From NCBI GenBank assembly GCA_040768745.1, contig JAXGMI010000001.1, positions 1,440,001-1,504,000 on the forward strand: a stretch of 64,000 nucleotides of DNA. Reading direction: 5' to 3'. Both the position numbers and the translations under genes were made by a program. Positions 20,029 through 30,995 of this stretch are shown piece after piece. This DNA is from Desulfomicrobium sp. (GTDB taxonomy: Bacteria > Desulfobacterota > Desulfovibrionia > Desulfovibrionales > Desulfomicrobiaceae). Position 1 is the first letter of the stretch. Each line of letters opens with the position of its first letter. Under the pieces are notes generated by a model. The model saw only the letters and a program-made list of their open reading frames with translations, made no database searches and was not told the DNA's origin.

Positions 20029-21177
20029 ATGCGCGAACATTTTCTGGTCTTCGGTTCGCCCCGGATCGACGAGGACGAAATTGAGGAAGTTGTCTCCTGC
20101 CTGCGCAGCGGCTGGATAGGCACCGGCCCACGGGTGGCCGAGTTCGAGCGGCGCTTCGCCGCCTACAAAGGGGCAAGCCATGCCGTGGCCGTCAATTCCT
20201 GCACAGCGGCCCTGCACCTGAGCATTCTGGCCGCCGGGATCGGCCCCGGCGACGAGGTCATCACCACCCCCCTGACCTTCTGCGCCTCGGTCAACGCCAT
20301 CATCCACGCCGGCGCCACCCCGGTCCTGGCCGATGTCGACCCGCGCAGCATGAACATCGACCCCGAGTGCGTGAAGGCCAGGATCACTCGGCGCACCAAG
20401 GCCATCCTGCCGGTGCACTTCGCGGGCCGGGCCTGCGATATGGACCCGCTCTGCGCCCTGGCGGACGCGCACGGTTTGACTGTTGTCGAGGACTGCGCCC
20501 ACGCCATCGAGACCGAGTACCACGGCCGCAAGGCCGGCTGCTTCGGAGACTTCGGCTGCTTCAGTTTCTATGTGACCAAAAACATCATCACTGGCGAGGG
20601 CGGCCTCATCCTGGCCCGCAAACCGGAGCACGCGGCCCGGCTCAAGGTGCTGGCTCTGCATGGCATGTCCAGTGATGCCTGGAAACGATTCGGCGACGAG
20701 GGCTACAAGCACTACCTAGTGACCGAAGCCGGCTTCAAATACAACATGATGGATCTGCAGGCCTCTCTGGGCCTGCGTCAACTCGAAAAAGTCGAGCGTT
20801 ACTGGCTCCGGCGGCAGGAGATCTGGGCGCGCTACATGACCGAACTGGCCGACCTGCCCCTGACCCTGCCAGCGCCTGTGGAAGCGGACACCCGCCACGC
20901 CTACCACCTTTTTTCCGTGTTCGTGGACGGGAAGCGGGCCGGCATCACCCGCGACGCCTTCCTGACGGCCATGACCGGGCACAAGATCGGGGTCGGCGTG
21001 CACTATCTCTCCCTTCCCGAGCATCCGCACTACCAGGAGCGCTTCGGCTGGACGCCGGACGAGTGGCCCAACGCGCGTGACATCGGCCGGCAGACCGTAA
21101 GCCTGCCCATTTCGGCCAAGCTCACGGACGAGGATGTGGGCGACGTCATCGCAGCCGTGCGGCACATCCTGACCTGA
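20029..21177 (+). CDS. DegT/DnrJ/EryC1/StrS aminotransferase
   Basis: VNSCTAALH, PVHFAG, EDCAHA, FSFYVTKNIITGEGG, GFKYNM. Confidence 0.93.
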   Translation: MREHFLVFGSPRIDEDEIEEVVSCLRSGWIGTGPRVAEFERRFAAYKGASHAVAVNSCTAALHLSILAAGIGPGDEVITTPLTFCASVNAIIHAGATPVLADVDPRSMNIDPECVKARITRRTKAILPVHFAGRACDMDPLCALADAHGLTVVEDCAHAIETEYHGRKAGCFGDFGCFSFYVTKNIITGEGGLILARKPEHAARLKVLALHGMSSDAWKRFGDEGYKHYLVTEAGFKYNMMDLQASLGLRQLEKVERYWLRRQEIWARYMTELADLPLTLPAPVEADTRHAYHLFSVFVDGKRAGITRDAFLTAMTGHKIGVGVHYLSLPEHPHYQERFGWTPDEWPNARDIGRQTVSLPISAKLTDEDVGDVIAAVRHILT

Positions 21178-21231
21178 ACCCATCGTCAAGTACAAGAAAC
21201 GCCGGCCGGTCCGGCTTTTTTTGCATCCTCG

Positions 21232-22119
21232 TCACGTTGGGTTGCGTAGCAGGCGGCCGAAGCGCCAGCGCTCGTAGCAGAACGCGAGAACGGCGGCCCA
21301 GACCAGACCGAAGCCCGTGATCTGTGGGCCGGCGAAGGGTTCACCGTAAACCAAGACCCCGAGCAGGAACTGGATACTCGGCGCGATGTATTGCAGGAAG
21401 CCGATCATGGACAGCGGGATGCGGTGGGCGGCGGCCGCGAACATGACCAGAGGCGCCGTGGTGACCACACCAGAGCAGAGCAGCAGGGCATCCGAGAGTG
21501 TTCCGGCGTGCAGGAACACTCCGTGGCCACCCGTCTCGCTCCAGACCAGCCAGCCCAAGGCGGGCAGAAGCAGGAGGGCGGTCTCCAGGGTCAGACCCTC
21601 GAACGCGCCCAGGGGGGCCTTTTTTTTGACCAGGCCGTAAAGGCTGAAGGTCGAGGACAGGGCCAGGGCAATCCAGGGCGGCCGCCCGTACTCGATGGTC
21701 AGGTAGGCGACCCCGGCAGCGGCCAGCCCCAGGGGGATCCACTGCAGGGTGCGCAGCCGCTCACGCAGGATGAAGACCCCGAGCAGGACCGAAAACAGCG
21801 GGGTCATGAAATAGCCCAGGCTTGCCTCGATGATGAAGCCGGAATTGACGCTCCAGACGTAGATGAACCAGTTCACGCCCATGAGCGCACTGGCCAGGAA
21901 GGAGCTGTTCCAGACCGCCGGGGTCAGGCTGCGCCGCATGCTGCCCAGCTTCCGGGTCAGCCCCAGGAACAGGGCCAGGCTGACAAAGGACCATACAATG
22001 CGGTGGCACAGAAGCTGGCTGGCCGGCACATGGCTCAGCAGCTTCCAGTAGACGGGCAGCAGCCCCCAGCTGACGTAGGCGCCGATGGCCATCAGGATTC
22101 CTGGACTCATATCGTTCAT
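21232..22119 (-). CDS. rarD: EamA family transporter RarD
   Basis: WGLLPVYWK, HRIVWS, EASLGYF, IGFLQYIAP. Confidence 0.9.
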   Translation of the reverse strand: MNDMSPGILMAIGAYVSWGLLPVYWKLLSHVPASQLLCHRIVWSFVSLALFLGLTRKLGSMRRSLTPAVWNSSFLASALMGVNWFIYVWSVNSGFIIEASLGYFMTPLFSVLLGVFILRERLRTLQWIPLGLAAAGVAYLTIEYGRPPWIALALSSTFSLYGLVKKKAPLGAFEGLTLETALLLLPALGWLVWSETGGHGVFLHAGTLSDALLLCSGVVTTAPLVMFAAAAHRIPLSMIGFLQYIAPSIQFLLGVLVYGEPFAGPQITGFGLVWAAVLAFCYERWRFGRLLRNPT

Positions 22120-22170
22120 TCCGACGCGCGTGGCGTGGTGATGGCGCTTTGGGCCGGGTTGGCCGCGTCC

Positions 22171-22932
22171 CTAGCGCCGGTTCAGATAATCGGGTCCGAG
22201 CTGTCGCATCTGGCTCAGGACCCAGTTGGCCCTCTGCATGACGTAGGGGGACGGTCTCTGGGCCGAAAGTCGTCGGGGATTGGGCAGTACGGAGACCAGG
22301 ATGGCCGCCTCGTGGCGGCTCAGCCTGTCCGGTGTTTTTCCAAAGAACCGTCCTGCCGCAGCCCCCACGCCATAGGTGCCGTCTCCGAATTCCGCGATGT
22401 TCAGATAGACCTCCAGGATCCGCTCTTTGGGCCAGAGCAGTTCGAGGAGGACGGTCAGGCCCGCCTCCAGCCCTTTGCGAACCCAGCTGCGTCCGGGCCA
22501 GAGAAAAAGGTTTTTGGCTGTTTGCTGGGAGATGGTGCTCGCTCCCCTGATCCGCCCTCTTTTTTCGTTGTGCTCCACCGCGCGGGCGATGGCGTCCAGG
22601 TCGAACCCGAAATGGCGTGGGAAGCTCTGGTCCTCGGCCGCCACGGCGGCCAGGGCCATGTGCCCGGGGATGGAGCGCATGGGAACCCAGTCGTAGCGGA
22701 TTGGCGGACTTGGCTTGGTTTCAGTGAGCCGTTCCACATGGCGAAGAAGCATGAACATGGTGCTTGGCGGGGGCAGCCAGCGCAGAACCAGAATCTGCAA
22801 CACCACAGCCAGCAGGCATCCACTCAGGATGCGAAGAATGTGGCGCCGCGGAGAGACCCTGGCGGTGTTCTGCGTGCGGCTCATGAAATGTCTTCGGCGG
22901 CCGGCCTTGGGTGTGGTTGTCTTGCGTGCCAT
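22171..22932 (-). CDS. mtgA: Monofunctional peptidoglycan transglycosylase
   Basis: [38 protein letters not shown]. Start uncertain (22932 or 22884). Confidence 0.92.
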   Translation of the reverse strand: MARKTTTPKAGRRRHFMSRTQNTARVSPRRHILRILSGCLLAVVLQILVLRWLPPPSTMFMLLRHVERLTETKPSPPIRYDWVPMRSIPGHMALAAVAAEDQSFPRHFGFDLDAIARAVEHNEKRGRIRGASTISQQTAKNLFLWPGRSWVRKGLEAGLTVLLELLWPKERILEVYLNIAEFGDGTYGVGAAAGRFFGKTPDRLSRHEAAILVSVLPNPRRLSAQRPSPYVMQRANWVLSQMRQLGPDYLNRR

Positions 22933-23043
22933 GTTCGGGCTAGTGGTCAGCACAGCGGGCAATGCGCCCGGCCATCGCTTGTGCGCCTGGGTCATGCCAA
23001 AGTCAATCCGCGCCAAGGACCCGCAACCAAGGACGAAACACCC

Positions 23044-23649
23044 ATGAATCTCCTCAGTAACGAAACCCTGACCACCATCCACGCCCGGCACAGCATCCGC
23101 CAGTTCGCACCAGAGGGGCTGTCCGAGGAGATGGTCATGACCTTGCTCGACGCAGCCAACCAGGCCCCGTCGGCCCACAATCGTCAGTCCTGGAAGTTTG
23201 TCATCCTGGAAGGTGACGTCAGGGGCGATCTGGCCGAATTGGTTTCCGGTGCGTCCAAGCAGTTCCAGAAGCCGGCCTCGACTCTCCTGCGCATGGCCGG
23301 CCGCAGCATCGCTTCCGCCCCAGTGACCATTGCCGTGGTCAATACCGGGGATCTCATCAGCCATGGCACGGAACTCTTCCAGGTCGACAAGGATCAGGCT
23401 TTCGATTTCTTCCGCACCATGGAGATCCAGAGCTCGGCCGCAGCCGTCGAGAACCTGCTCCTGGCCGCCACGTCCCTGGGCCTGGGCGCGGTCTGGCTCG
23501 GCATCCTCTATCTCATCAAGGAGCAGATCCTGGACTTCCTGCAGGAACCACAGGGTGAGTTCATGGCCGTCATTCCGGTCGGCCATCCTGCCCGGCCGAC
23601 CCAGGGGCCCAACAAGAAGCCGGTGCAGAACGTGGTCAAGAGGCTCTAG
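23044..23649 (+). CDS. Nitroreductase family protein
   Basis: [32 protein letters not shown]. True start lies inside the 752-aa ORF-track call. Confidence 0.88.
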   Translation: MNLLSNETLTTIHARHSIRQFAPEGLSEEMVMTLLDAANQAPSAHNRQSWKFVILEGDVRGDLAELVSGASKQFQKPASTLLRMAGRSIASAPVTIAVVNTGDLISHGTELFQVDKDQAFDFFRTMEIQSSAAAVENLLLAATSLGLGAVWLGILYLIKEQILDFLQEPQGEFMAVIPVGHPARPTQGPNKKPVQNVVKRL

Positions 23650-23671
23650 GTGGGCAGGGCCTGCGGGAGAG

Positions 23672-24427
23672 TTATTTTTTCCGGGTCAGCTCTACGAGGC
23701 GGATGTACTTGTGGAAGGCGTAGAAGAATGAGTTGACCGCCAGCACCAGTCCGGCCTTGCCGTCCAGAAACCCCCTGCGCAGCACATAGATCTTCAGGAA
23801 TCTGGCCAGACCATGGCCCAAGGCCTTGGCCACGCCGGCGTGCTTGCCCGCGGCATGCATCTCCTCCGCGGCGATCTGGGTGTAGTAGTTGATCTTGTCC
23901 ACATGCTGCCGCAGGTTTTCGTAGGGGTAATGGATGATATCCCCGGACAGGCGACGTGTTTTGCCCTTTGTCTCGAACCCGTAGTGCGGCCCGGAGACAT
24001 GCACGCCGGTATCCGCCAGTTTGAAAACCCTGGGCAGCAGATCCGGATACCACCCACTGTGGCGCAGGAATCTGTCGAAATAAAACGACGCTCTGGGGCA
24101 GAGGAAGGCGGAATACGGGCCAGGGTCGTCCAGAGAGGACATGACGCTGGCGCGCAGTTCGTCGGAAAGGATTTCATCCTGGTCCAGGGACACGACCCAG
24201 GTCGTGGAGATGTGCTTGAAGGCGAATTCGAACTGGGCCTTGGGTCCGGGCCAGGGATTGACCAGTACGCGGGCCCCCCGGGCGCGGGCGATATCGGTTG
24301 TGGCGTCGGTGCTGCCGGAATCCACGACCAGGAGTTCCGAGCAGAAGTCCAGGGATCGCAGGCACTGGTCCAGGTGTTTCGCGCCGTTGAGGGTCAGCAC
24401 CAGACCTGTGGCAGGGCGTTTATTCAA
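23672..24427 (-). CDS. Glycosyltransferase family 2 (KdtX/WaaE-like)
   Basis: [27 protein letters not shown]. Likely TTG start with GAGGAG RBS, overlapping the tmk stop. Confidence 0.88.
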   Translation of the reverse strand: MNKRPATGLVLTLNGAKHLDQCLRSLDFCSELLVVDSGSTDATTDIARARGARVLVNPWPGPKAQFEFAFKHISTTWVVSLDQDEILSDELRASVMSSLDDPGPYSAFLCPRASFYFDRFLRHSGWYPDLLPRVFKLADTGVHVSGPHYGFETKGKTRRLSGDIIHYPYENLRQHVDKINYYTQIAAEEMHAAGKHAGVAKALGHGLARFLKIYVLRRGFLDGKAGLVLAVNSFFYAFHKYIRLVELTRKK

Positions 24428-25055
24428 TCCCTTTCTCCTCAAAACCGCGCAGAATGGAGGCAAAGACCTGATCCGGCCCCTGTGCGGCATCCACCACCAG
24501 AAAGCGGCTCCGGTTCAGGGCGGCCCAGGTCAGATACCCTTCCCGGATACGGCCGTGGAACTCCAGGCTTTCGGCCTCGAAACGGCCTTCGGTATTGGCC
24601 TTGTTTTCCTTCAGGTTGCGGGTCAGTGCGCGGCGCAAACCGATTTCCGGAGACAGGTCCAGGAGGATGGTCAGGTCCGGCCACAGGCCTTGCACCGCCA
24701 CGTCGTTGAGCTGATGGAGCAGCTTGGGGTCCAGTCCCCGGCCATATCCCTGGTAGACAACGGTGGAGTCGGCGAAGCGGTCGCAGATCACGGTTCTGCC
24801 GTCCTCCATGGCCGGGCGGATGATGGAGGCCACGTGCTGGGCCCGGTCAGCCAGGTACAGGAAGAGTTCGCTGGCAGGGGCGAGGTCGCTGTTTTCGGGA
24901 TGCAGCAGAATGCGTCGCAGCTCCCTGCCCAGTTTACTGCCGCCGGGCTCCCGGGTGTGCAGGACGTCATGGCCCTGGCGGATGAAGTGTTCCATGAGCT
25001 TGGCGCACTGGGTGGACTTGCCGCACCCCTCGATTCCTTCGAAGGTGATGAACAT
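24420..25055 (-). CDS. tmk: Thymidylate kinase
   Basis: [28 protein letters not shown]. Confidence 0.96.
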   Translation of the reverse strand: MFITFEGIEGCGKSTQCAKLMEHFIRQGHDVLHTREPGGSKLGRELRRILLHPENSDLAPASELFLYLADRAQHVASIIRPAMEDGRTVICDRFADSTVVYQGYGRGLDPKLLHQLNDVAVQGLWPDLTILLDLSPEIGLRRALTRNLKENKANTEGRFEAESLEFHGRIREGYLTWAALNRSRFLVVDAAQGPDQVFASILRGFEEKGIE

Positions 25056-25064
25056 GCGTGCTCC

Positions 25065-26156
25065 TCAGGAGTTCCTGGACGGTTGGTTGATACCCATGGC
25101 CTTCAACAGGGGCGAGGCCCCGGCCTTGGGTGTGTTTTTTCGGGGTGTTCTGATGCTCGGTCCGTCGAAGCTGTCCGCGGGGGTGCGCATGGGCTGGAAT
25201 ACGTAGCGGGACAGGCTGCGCTGGTATTCACTCCACCGACCCGTTTCCAGGTCCTCCTCGCCCTCCGGGGCGGCCAAGGCCGCGCGGATGGTGTTGATCT
25301 TGGCATCCAGGTTGTCGGCGTAGTGCAGGATAAAGGCCTCCACGGTCTTGGGTCGCCGGGGTGAGCCGAATTCCAGCTCGCCGTGATGGGAGATGATCAG
25401 GTGCTTGAGATGCATGACCAGCTCTTTGGGCAGGTCCTTGGCTTTGCGCAGGAACGGCTCCACTTCTTCCAGGCCCATGAGGATATGTCCGATGAGGCGG
25501 CCCTCGTCCGTATACTCGCGGCTCATGCCGTGGGACAGCTCGAAGGCCTTGCCCAGGTCGTGCAGGAGGGCGGCCACGAGCAGGATCTCCTTGTCCACGC
25601 CGGGGTAGAGTTCCGCCAGGGCTTTGCATATGCGCATGATGCCCAGGGTGTGCTCCAGGAGGCCTCCGGCATAGGCGTGGTGGATGGCCTTGGCTCCCGG
25701 CGCGCTCAAGAGCGCATCGCGGATGCGCTTGTCCCCGAGCACATTCTTGCACAGTGCCGCCCAGGGTCTGAAGGTCAGCTCAGCCGCAAGAAACGCCTCA
25801 ACCTCGTGCAGCAATTCCTGCGGAGGAATGGTCGATGAAGGAAGGAAGTCGGCCATGTTCAGACCGGCTTCCACTGGGTCGATCACCTGCATGTCGGTGA
25901 TGTTCATCTGCAGCTGATCCTTGAAGGAGGAGACCTGGCCGCTCACGGCCACGAACTGTTCGGGCTTGAGGTTGTCGAACTGCTGGCTTTGGGGGAACCA
26001 GATGCGGGCTTCGATGCTGCCCGTGCGATCCGTGAGGGACAACTGCCAGTAGGGGCCGTTTTTGGCCTCCTTGCGCTGGGTCTGGGACAGGGCGAAGACG
26101 TCCGAAATGCTTTGGCCTTCGGCGAAGTCCCGGACATAGTTTTTTTTGTTTCTCAT
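25065..26156 (-). CDS. YhaM/Cbf1-family 3'-5' exoribonuclease (OB + HD)
   Basis: N-terminal OB fold, HHAYAGGLLEHT, LLHDLGK, SHHG, DNLDAK. Confidence 0.88.
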   Translation of the reverse strand: MRNKKNYVRDFAEGQSISDVFALSQTQRKEAKNGPYWQLSLTDRTGSIEARIWFPQSQQFDNLKPEQFVAVSGQVSSFKDQLQMNITDMQVIDPVEAGLNMADFLPSSTIPPQELLHEVEAFLAAELTFRPWAALCKNVLGDKRIRDALLSAPGAKAIHHAYAGGLLEHTLGIMRICKALAELYPGVDKEILLVAALLHDLGKAFELSHGMSREYTDEGRLIGHILMGLEEVEPFLRKAKDLPKELVMHLKHLIISHHGELEFGSPRRPKTVEAFILHYADNLDAKINTIRAALAAPEGEEDLETGRWSEYQRSLSRYVFQPMRTPADSFDGPSIRTPRKNTPKAGASPLLKAMGINQPSRNS

Positions 26157-26400
26157 CGAGTTGCTATTCCTGCATGCATGAGGTAATGGCGCAAACCTGG
26201 GCGAATTCAATATTTTTCAAAATAATTGGGGAGTTGTACAGGTTTTTTGAAAAATTTTGGCACGCCTTTCCCAATCCGTCTACAGACAAGTTTTTGACTT
26301 TGGCAAGGGGGCGGTCTGGCTTGCCTGCCGCACACGGACTCGTGGCGTGTTCCCGTAAATCCTTTCAATCCCAATCATCAAGTCGAAATGCCGAGCGGTT

Positions 26401-26745
26401 ATGTCCAAGAAAAAAGGTCAAGCAAAGGTGACGATTTATCAGGACTGGTGCAAGGGCTGCGGGATTTGTGCCGCGTTCTGTCCTGCAGGGGTATTCGCGA
26501 TGCGGTCGGACGGCAAATCCCACGTGGTCCGCGAGTCCGAATGCGTGAACTGCGGCTTTTGCGAACTGCACTGCCCGGACTTTGCCGTGTCCGTGACCCC
26601 CAGGGAGACGAGCCGGAGAAAGACGGACGGCCTGTTCGATCCACGCGCCGAAGTCCCTGAATCCCCGTGCAGCAGTGATCCGGGTCCGGAGGAACATGTA
26701 GGAACACCTAACCGGGAAGAGGACCATGGTCATAAAAAAGCGTAA
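26401..26745 (+). CDS. 2-oxoacid:ferredoxin oxidoreductase delta subunit (2x[4Fe-4S])
   Basis: CKGCGICAAFCP and CVNCGFCELHCP. Confidence 0.9.
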   Translation: MSKKKGQAKVTIYQDWCKGCGICAAFCPAGVFAMRSDGKSHVVRESECVNCGFCELHCPDFAVSVTPRETSRRKTDGLFDPRAEVPESPCSSDPGPEEHVGTPNREEDHGHKKA

Positions 26746-27874
26746 AAAGAAGGAAATTTTCGCCCTTGGCAACGAGGCTGTGGTGGAAGGAGCCCTCCTG
26801 GCGGGCTGTTCCTTCTACGCGGGATATCCCATCACCCCGTCCACGGAAATTGCTGAAGTCATGTCCGCCCGGCTGCCCATGGTCCAGGATGGGGTCTTCA
26901 TCCAGATGGAAGACGAAATCGCCAGCATGGGGGCCATCATCGGAGCGTCCCTGGCCGGTCGCAAGGCCATGACTGCCACCTCGGGCCCAGGCTTTTCGCT
27001 CATGCAGGAAAATCTCGGGTATGCCTGCATGACCGAGGTGCCTCTGGTGCTGGTCAATGTCATGCGCGGTGGGCCAAGCACAGGCCTGCCGACCAGCCCG
27101 GCCCAGGGTGACATGCAGCAGGCCCGTTGGGGCTGCCACGGGGATCATCCCATCATCGTCCTTTCGGCCAGCGACGTGCAGGAATGTCTGGAAATGACCG
27201 TTGTCGCCTTCAATTTCGCCGAGAAATACCGCACTCCCGTCATCCTGCTCCTGGACGAAATCACGGCCCACACGCGGGAGAAGATCGTCGTTCCCGATCC
27301 CCAGGACCTGGAAATCCTGTCCCGGGTCACTCCGGCCATGCCGCCGGAATGGTATGTCTCCTATGAGGAAACCATGCGCGGGGTTCCCCCCCTGCCGCCC
27401 CTGGGTTCGGGATACCGTTTTCACGTCACCGGCCTGACCCACGACCAGAACGGATTCCCGACCTCCAGGCCGGACGAGGTCAAGTCCCTCATCCACCGGC
27501 AATTCCGCAAGATCGACCAGTTTTTCTACGACATCCAGCTGGTGGAGGAATTGCAGTGCGAGGATGCAGAGGTGGTGGTCATCGCCTACGGCTGCGTGGC
27601 GAGGTCGGCAGAGCTGGCCGTGCACATGGCTCGTGAGCGAGGGGTGAAGGCCGGGCTGCTCAAGCTCAAAACCCTTTTCCCCTTTCCCAAGACCGTGGTG
27701 CAGGCCTTGGCCCGCCAGTGCAGGGCCCTGGTTGTGCCGGAGATGAACATGGGGCAGATGTCGCGCGAGGTGAAGCGGGTCAACAACGGCTTGGCCCATG
27801 TGGTGACCAACAACCGCGTGGACGGCCAGATCATCACCCCCTCGGAAATCTTCAAAAACATCATGCAGGCGTGA
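26726..27874 (+). CDS. 2-oxoacid (KorA-like):ferredoxin oxidoreductase alpha subunit
   Basis: GNEA, YPITPS, QMEDEIA, TATSGPG, RGGPSTG. Confidence 0.93.
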   Translation: MVIKKRKKKEIFALGNEAVVEGALLAGCSFYAGYPITPSTEIAEVMSARLPMVQDGVFIQMEDEIASMGAIIGASLAGRKAMTATSGPGFSLMQENLGYACMTEVPLVLVNVMRGGPSTGLPTSPAQGDMQQARWGCHGDHPIIVLSASDVQECLEMTVVAFNFAEKYRTPVILLLDEITAHTREKIVVPDPQDLEILSRVTPAMPPEWYVSYEETMRGVPPLPPLGSGYRFHVTGLTHDQNGFPTSRPDEVKSLIHRQFRKIDQFFYDIQLVEELQCEDAEVVVIAYGCVARSAELAVHMARERGVKAGLLKLKTLFPFPKTVVQALARQCRALVVPEMNMGQMSREVKRVNNGLAHVVTNNRVDGQIITPSEIFKNIMQA

Positions 27875-27876
27875 CC

Positions 27877-28728
27877 ATGGCACAGGTGACACAACTCATT
27901 CACGACTATCTTAGGCACAACAAGAAGTTCCCCCATGTCTACTGCGCAGGATGCGGCCACGGCATCGTGCTGGGCTCCCTCATCCGCAGCGTGCACGGAC
28001 TGGGCTACGCCAAGGACGACATCGTCCTCGTGGCCGGCATCGGCTGTTCCGGCCGCATGGCCGTCTATGTGGATTTCAACACGGTGCACACCACGCACGG
28101 CCGGGCCCTGACCTTCGCCACAGGCATCAAGATGGCCAACCCGGCCCTCAAGGTCATCGTGGTCATGGGCGACGGGGACGCCATGTCCATCGGCGGGAAC
28201 CATCTCATCCACGCGGCCCGGCGGAACATCGGACTGACGGTTCTGGTCCTGAACAACAACATCTACGGCATGACCGGCGGACAGTATTCCCCCACCAGCC
28301 CCGAGGGGACTGTTTCGGCCACATCGCCTTTCGGGCAGCTGGAGCGCGCCTTTGACATCGTGGACATGGCCGTGGCCAGCGGGGCCAGCTACGTGGCCAG
28401 GGGCACGGTCCTGCACGCGACCATGCTCGATGGGTTGATTTCCGCGGCCCTGGAAAAGCCGGGTTTCAACCTGGTGGAGATTCTGACCCCTTGTCACACC
28501 CAGTATGGCCGCAAGAACAACTTCAAGACGGTGGTTGACATGTACCAGTGGTACAAGAAGAACACGGTCAAGCTGGAAAACTACCAGAAGATGGCCGATG
28601 TCGACCGCAGCGGACTGACCCCCATCGGCGTATTCCGGGACGAGGGCCGTATCGGGCTCGAGGTGCGGTACGCGCAGCTGCGCAACAAACTTCAGGAGCA
28701 GGGGACATGCCAAAGCAGCACGAACTGA
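27877..28728 (+). CDS. 2-oxoacid:ferredoxin oxidoreductase beta subunit (TPP-binding)
   Basis: CAGCGHG, GIGCS, GDGD...NN, YGMTGGQ. Confidence 0.93.
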   Translation: MAQVTQLIHDYLRHNKKFPHVYCAGCGHGIVLGSLIRSVHGLGYAKDDIVLVAGIGCSGRMAVYVDFNTVHTTHGRALTFATGIKMANPALKVIVVMGDGDAMSIGGNHLIHAARRNIGLTVLVLNNNIYGMTGGQYSPTSPEGTVSATSPFGQLERAFDIVDMAVASGASYVARGTVLHATMLDGLISAALEKPGFNLVEILTPCHTQYGRKNNFKTVVDMYQWYKKNTVKLENYQKMADVDRSGLTPIGVFRDEGRIGLEVRYAQLRNKLQEQGTCQSSTN

Positions 28729-29318
28729 ACCGATTCGAAATCCGGCTTTCCGGCACGGGGGGCCAGGGTATCCTGACCCTGGGCAAGATCATGGGGCAGG
28801 TCCTGGCCCTGGACCACGGTTTCCACGTCACCCAGACCCAGAGCTACGGGCCGGAGGCCAGGGGCGGGGCCAGCCGGGCCGATCTTGTTGTCAGTTCGCG
28901 GAGGATCAGCTATCCTAAACCCGTCCAGCTCGACATGTTGGTGGCCCTCAGCCAGGAGGCATGCAACCTGTATTTCCGCAACCTGAAGCCCAACGGCTTT
29001 CTTTTGGTGGACACCACCCTGGTCACCCAGGCCCCGTCCAATATCTTCTGGGGACTGCCGTTCACGACCATGGCCCGAGAAAAGATCGGCGTGGCGCAGG
29101 CCACCAACATCGTTTGTCTGGGGGCCATGAGCCATTTTCTGCCGTTCATGAATTTTACCAATGTGAAAAAGGCCCTGGCCGGGGTGCTTCCGGCCAAGAT
29201 TCTGGACGTCAACATCAAGGCCCTGACCTTGGGTTACAACCAAGCCAAGAAACTCTATCCGGACGCTCCCGAGAAATGGACATACTCCTCACCAACGACG
29301 ATGGAATCCGAGCAGTAG
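28707..29318 (+). CDS. 2-oxoacid:ferredoxin oxidoreductase gamma subunit
   Basis: SGTGGQG, SYGPEARGG. Confidence 0.92.
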   Translation: MPKQHELNRFEIRLSGTGGQGILTLGKIMGQVLALDHGFHVTQTQSYGPEARGGASRADLVVSSRRISYPKPVQLDMLVALSQEACNLYFRNLKPNGFLLVDTTLVTQAPSNIFWGLPFTTMAREKIGVAQATNIVCLGAMSHFLPFMNFTNVKKALAGVLPAKILDVNIKALTLGYNQAKKLYPDAPEKWTYSSPTTMESEQ

Positions 29319-30046
29319 GGCTCAGGGCGCTCTACGGGGCCCTGACCCATGCCGGACATCGCGTGCACGTGGCCGCACCCATGACCGAACAGAGCGCGGT
29401 CGGGCATTCAGTGACCCTGTTCTCCCCTTTGCGGGTCAAAGAGGTGGAGGAGAAAGGTTTTTCGGGATTGGGGATCTCCGGCACCCCGGCGGATTGCGTG
29501 AAGCTGGCCCTGAGCCACCTTCTGCCCCGGCGGCCCGATGTCATCGTGTCCGGCATCAACGCCGGGGCCAACGTGGGCGTGGACGTGCTCTACTCGGGCA
29601 CCGTGTCCGCGGCTACCGAGGGGGCCCTGGCGGGGATTCCGGCCATGGCGGTGTCCGTGGACGATTTTCATCCCGAGGAGCTTTCGGCTCAGGCAGAGTA
29701 TGCCACACGTCTGCTGAATGAGGAATTCTGGGGGGCTTTTCCCCGCCACTGCGTGCTGAACCTCAACTTCCCGGCCGGGAGGCTGGACCAGGCCAAGGGC
29801 CTCAAGGTCTGCCGGCAGACCGGTTCCACTTACAGGGACTGGTACGACGAGCGCAAGGACCCGCGTGGGAATCCGTATTTCTGGCTGTGCGGGGTCATTC
29901 CGGAAGAGAACGTGGCCCCCGACACGGACCGGGGGTGTTTGAGCGACGGCTATATCACCGTGACCCCCCTGACCTTTGATCTGACCCATGCCGCGTATCT
30001 CGAAACCTTGCGCGGGCATCTGGAAACCAATGATCTGAAATTTTGA
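29276..30046 (+). CDS. surE: 5'/3'-nucleotidase SurE
   Basis: MDILLTNDDG, GTPADCV, SGINAGAN, YSGTVSAA. Confidence 0.96.
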   Translation: MDILLTNDDGIRAVGLRALYGALTHAGHRVHVAAPMTEQSAVGHSVTLFSPLRVKEVEEKGFSGLGISGTPADCVKLALSHLLPRRPDVIVSGINAGANVGVDVLYSGTVSAATEGALAGIPAMAVSVDDFHPEELSAQAEYATRLLNEEFWGAFPRHCVLNLNFPAGRLDQAKGLKVCRQTGSTYRDWYDERKDPRGNPYFWLCGVIPEENVAPDTDRGCLSDGYITVTPLTFDLTHAAYLETLRGHLETNDLKF

Positions 30047-30057
30047 AGGAGACGACC

Positions 30058-30981
30058 ATGCCGCTGACCACCCCTAAAGAAATGTTTGCCAGGGCCTACG
30101 CCGAAGGTTTTGCCGTCGGCGGCTTCAACGTGAACAACATGGAGATTATTCAGGGCATCATGGAGGCGGGCAACGCCGAAAAATCGCCGCTCATTCTGCA
30201 GGTGTCCGCTGGGGCCCGGCGCTATGCCGGCCAGGGCTACATCATCAAACTCATGGAGGCAGCTCTGGCCGAGAACGATCTGCCGGTCTGTCTGCATCTG
30301 GATCATGGCCAGAATTTCGAAATCTGCAAGGACGTCATCGACGGGGGATTCTCCTCGGTCATGATCGATGGCTCGCATCTGAGCTTCGAGGAGAACATCG
30401 CCCTGACCAAGCAGGTCGTGGCCTATGCCCATGACCGGGGGGTGTGGGTCGAGGCCGAGCTGGGCAAACTGGCCGGGGTGGAAGACGATGTCAGCTCCGA
30501 GCACAGCGTGTACACCGACCCCGATCAGGCTGCGGAATTCGTGGGCCGCTCCGGGTGTGACTCCCTGGCCATCGCCATCGGCACCAGCCACGGCGCGTAC
30601 AAATTCGCCGGCGAGGCCAAGCTCGACTTCGACCGCCTGGAAAAGATCGCCAAGCTGCTTCCGGGCTATCCCATTGTTCTGCACGGGGCCTCTTCCGTGC
30701 CGCAGGAGTTCGTGGCCATGGCCAACCAGTACGGGGCCCAGATCGGCGGGGCCAAGGGCGTGCCGGAGGAACTCCTGCGCAAGGCAGCCGCCTCGGCCGT
30801 GTGCAAGATCAACATCGACACGGACATCCGTCTGGCCATGACCGCCACTATCCGCAAGTACCTGGCGGAAAATCCGTCCCACTTCGACCCGCGCCAGTAC
30901 CTGCAGGTGGCCAGGACCGCGGTGCGGGACATGGTGGCCCACAAGATCCGCAATGTTCTCGGCTCATCCAATAAAATTTAA
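30058..30981 (+). CDS. fba: Class II fructose-bisphosphate aldolase
   Basis: LHLDHG, SSVMIDGS, GTSHGAYK, VLHGAS, KINIDTD. Confidence 0.96.
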   Translation: MPLTTPKEMFARAYAEGFAVGGFNVNNMEIIQGIMEAGNAEKSPLILQVSAGARRYAGQGYIIKLMEAALAENDLPVCLHLDHGQNFEICKDVIDGGFSSVMIDGSHLSFEENIALTKQVVAYAHDRGVWVEAELGKLAGVEDDVSSEHSVYTDPDQAAEFVGRSGCDSLAIAIGTSHGAYKFAGEAKLDFDRLEKIAKLLPGYPIVLHGASSVPQEFVAMANQYGAQIGGAKGVPEELLRKAAASAVCKINIDTDIRLAMTATIRKYLAENPSHFDPRQYLQVARTAVRDMVAHKIRNVLGSSNKI

Positions 30982-30995
30982 ATGAGGGTATTGAA

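Noticed and set aside
21391..23043. 752-aa ORF as a nitroreductase fusion
   Set aside because: The N-terminal part is the antisense shadow of rarD and mtgA. The real gene starts at 23044 with its own RBS.
26258..26272. Sigma-54 promoter (TGGCACG) upstream of the oxidoreductase operon
   Set aside because: Good -24 box but no GC or GA at the -12 position.
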